A program made the translations under genes and the position numbers. Shown piece after piece: positions 63,212 through 64,000 of a stretch of DNA of 64,000 nucleotides (positions are counted from its first letter, which is position 1; every line of letters begins with the position of its first letter). A model generated the notes under the pieces. The model had not been told where the DNA came from, ran no database searches, and saw nothing but the letters and a program-made list of their open reading frames with translations. The stretch is from IMG/VR virus record IMGVR_UViG_3300035502_001146. One strand, 5' to 3'. Source of the stretch: an uncultured virus (IMG/VR IMGVR_UViG_3300035502_001146). Lineage: Duplodnaviria; Heunggongvirae; Uroviricota; Caudoviricetes.

Positions 63212-63391
63212 ATGTACGATAGAGCTATAACAGATTTAGTAATAATTACTGTATATCCTTATGAAGGTGAAAGTTATACAGTAACAGTACCTATCGAACA
63301 CTCACTGACAATAGAGCTTGAAGAAGCTGTTGAAAATTGGGTAGATGATAATTTGAATAATGTATCAAATTGGGATTATCAATTTGCATAA
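63212..63391 (+). CDS. Small acidic protein (59 aa, absent from the ORF track)
   Basis: GAAAGGTG RBS; open frame MYDRAITDLVIITVYPYEGE... Confidence 0.6.
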   Translation: MYDRAITDLVIITVYPYEGESYTVTVPIEHSLTIELEEAVENWVDDNLNNVSNWDYQFA

Positions 63392-63684
63392 ATATAAGAA
63401 ATAATTATAAGAGGGGTGATTGTAAGAAATGTAATTATAAGAAATATGACCATATAAGAGGTGGAGTAAAATCCACCTTTTTTGTTATAAGTTCTCTTAA
63501 TAAATCATTTAATAAACAGCGACAGGGTATGGCAAACTTATAACATAAATCCTATAATCAATATAAATATTAAGTATTTGAAATTTTCCAAATAGTATGG
63601 TATAATATATTTAGAGTTAAGAGAGAGGTCTTAACTACTAACCGTAAACATTATAACAGCTAATTTTGAAAGGGGTTATGAATT

Positions 63685-64000
63685 ATGTCACTTATACAGA
63701 ATATTACAATCGTTATGCAGAACAATGCGTTTGAGGAAATTAACAATGTTTTACAGAAATACTGTTTAATACCATCAAATATTGAAAAGGTAGAAAACAG
63801 CTACTATGTAGCAAGGTTTAATGAATATGAATGGTGTGAAGAAGCAACAGATGAGATTATTGATACTATAAATGCTTTTAAATGCTATGGGTTCGGCTTT
63901 GGTTTTAAATTTCTTTATGCTGATGCTGAAGAAGATATTCAGTTTATTGAAACTAACACATACGGCAACAGGTTATTTAAAGAATATACCATTGAAGATG
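63685..64000 (+). CDS. Partial hypothetical protein, paralog of 56786-57508
   Basis: MSLIQNITIV...VLQKYCLIPS resembles MAVVQTVEIV...VLRKNCLYPS; open to the window end. Confidence 0.7.
   Translation, partial: MSLIQNITIVMQNNAFEEINNVLQKYCLIPSNIEKVENSYYVARFNEYEWCEEATDEIIDTINAFKCYGFGFGFKFLYADAEEDIQFIETNTYGNRLFKEYTIED

Larger units (their letters stand above)
38743..63516. repeat. Dispersed palindromic operators TTAWTAAA-N3-TTTAWTAA (more than 25 copies) and TTGTTAAATTTTTAACAA
   Basis: Examples at 38779-38799 and 38743-38760; also present at 16164-16217. Confidence 0.85.

Overview
Very AT-rich segment of a large Clostridia-type mobile element (jumbo phage, phage-plasmid or megaplasmid; no virion, integrase or conjugation genes are visible, so the class is uncertain). 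It is preceded by about 0.86 kb of higher-GC, host-like DNA carrying trpF. Genes lie almost all on the minus strand up to about 38 kb and on the plus strand after 39 kb. Main finding: a compact type V-like CRISPR system. A 558-aa TnpB/Cas12f-like RuvC nuclease (1672-3348, no cas1/cas2 or tnpA in the window) is flanked by two homologous non-coding modules, each consisting of promoter, ~200-nt tracr-like RNA, type I-C-like leader and CRISPR array. In each module the split anti-repeat covaries with that module's own repeat. Other findings: an array of four structurally identical RNA units near a TerD-domain gene; a ~0.9-kb ornate ncRNA next to tRNA-Leu; several small RNAs antisense to ribosome-binding regions; six proteins built from ~35 copies of an HTH-like repeat; an oriC-like cluster of DnaA boxes and DnaA-trios; and a modular early/leading-type region (dnaN, DUF6927-like, many paralogs) with repeated operators and hairpin elements. 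All calls were made by eye; no database search was run.
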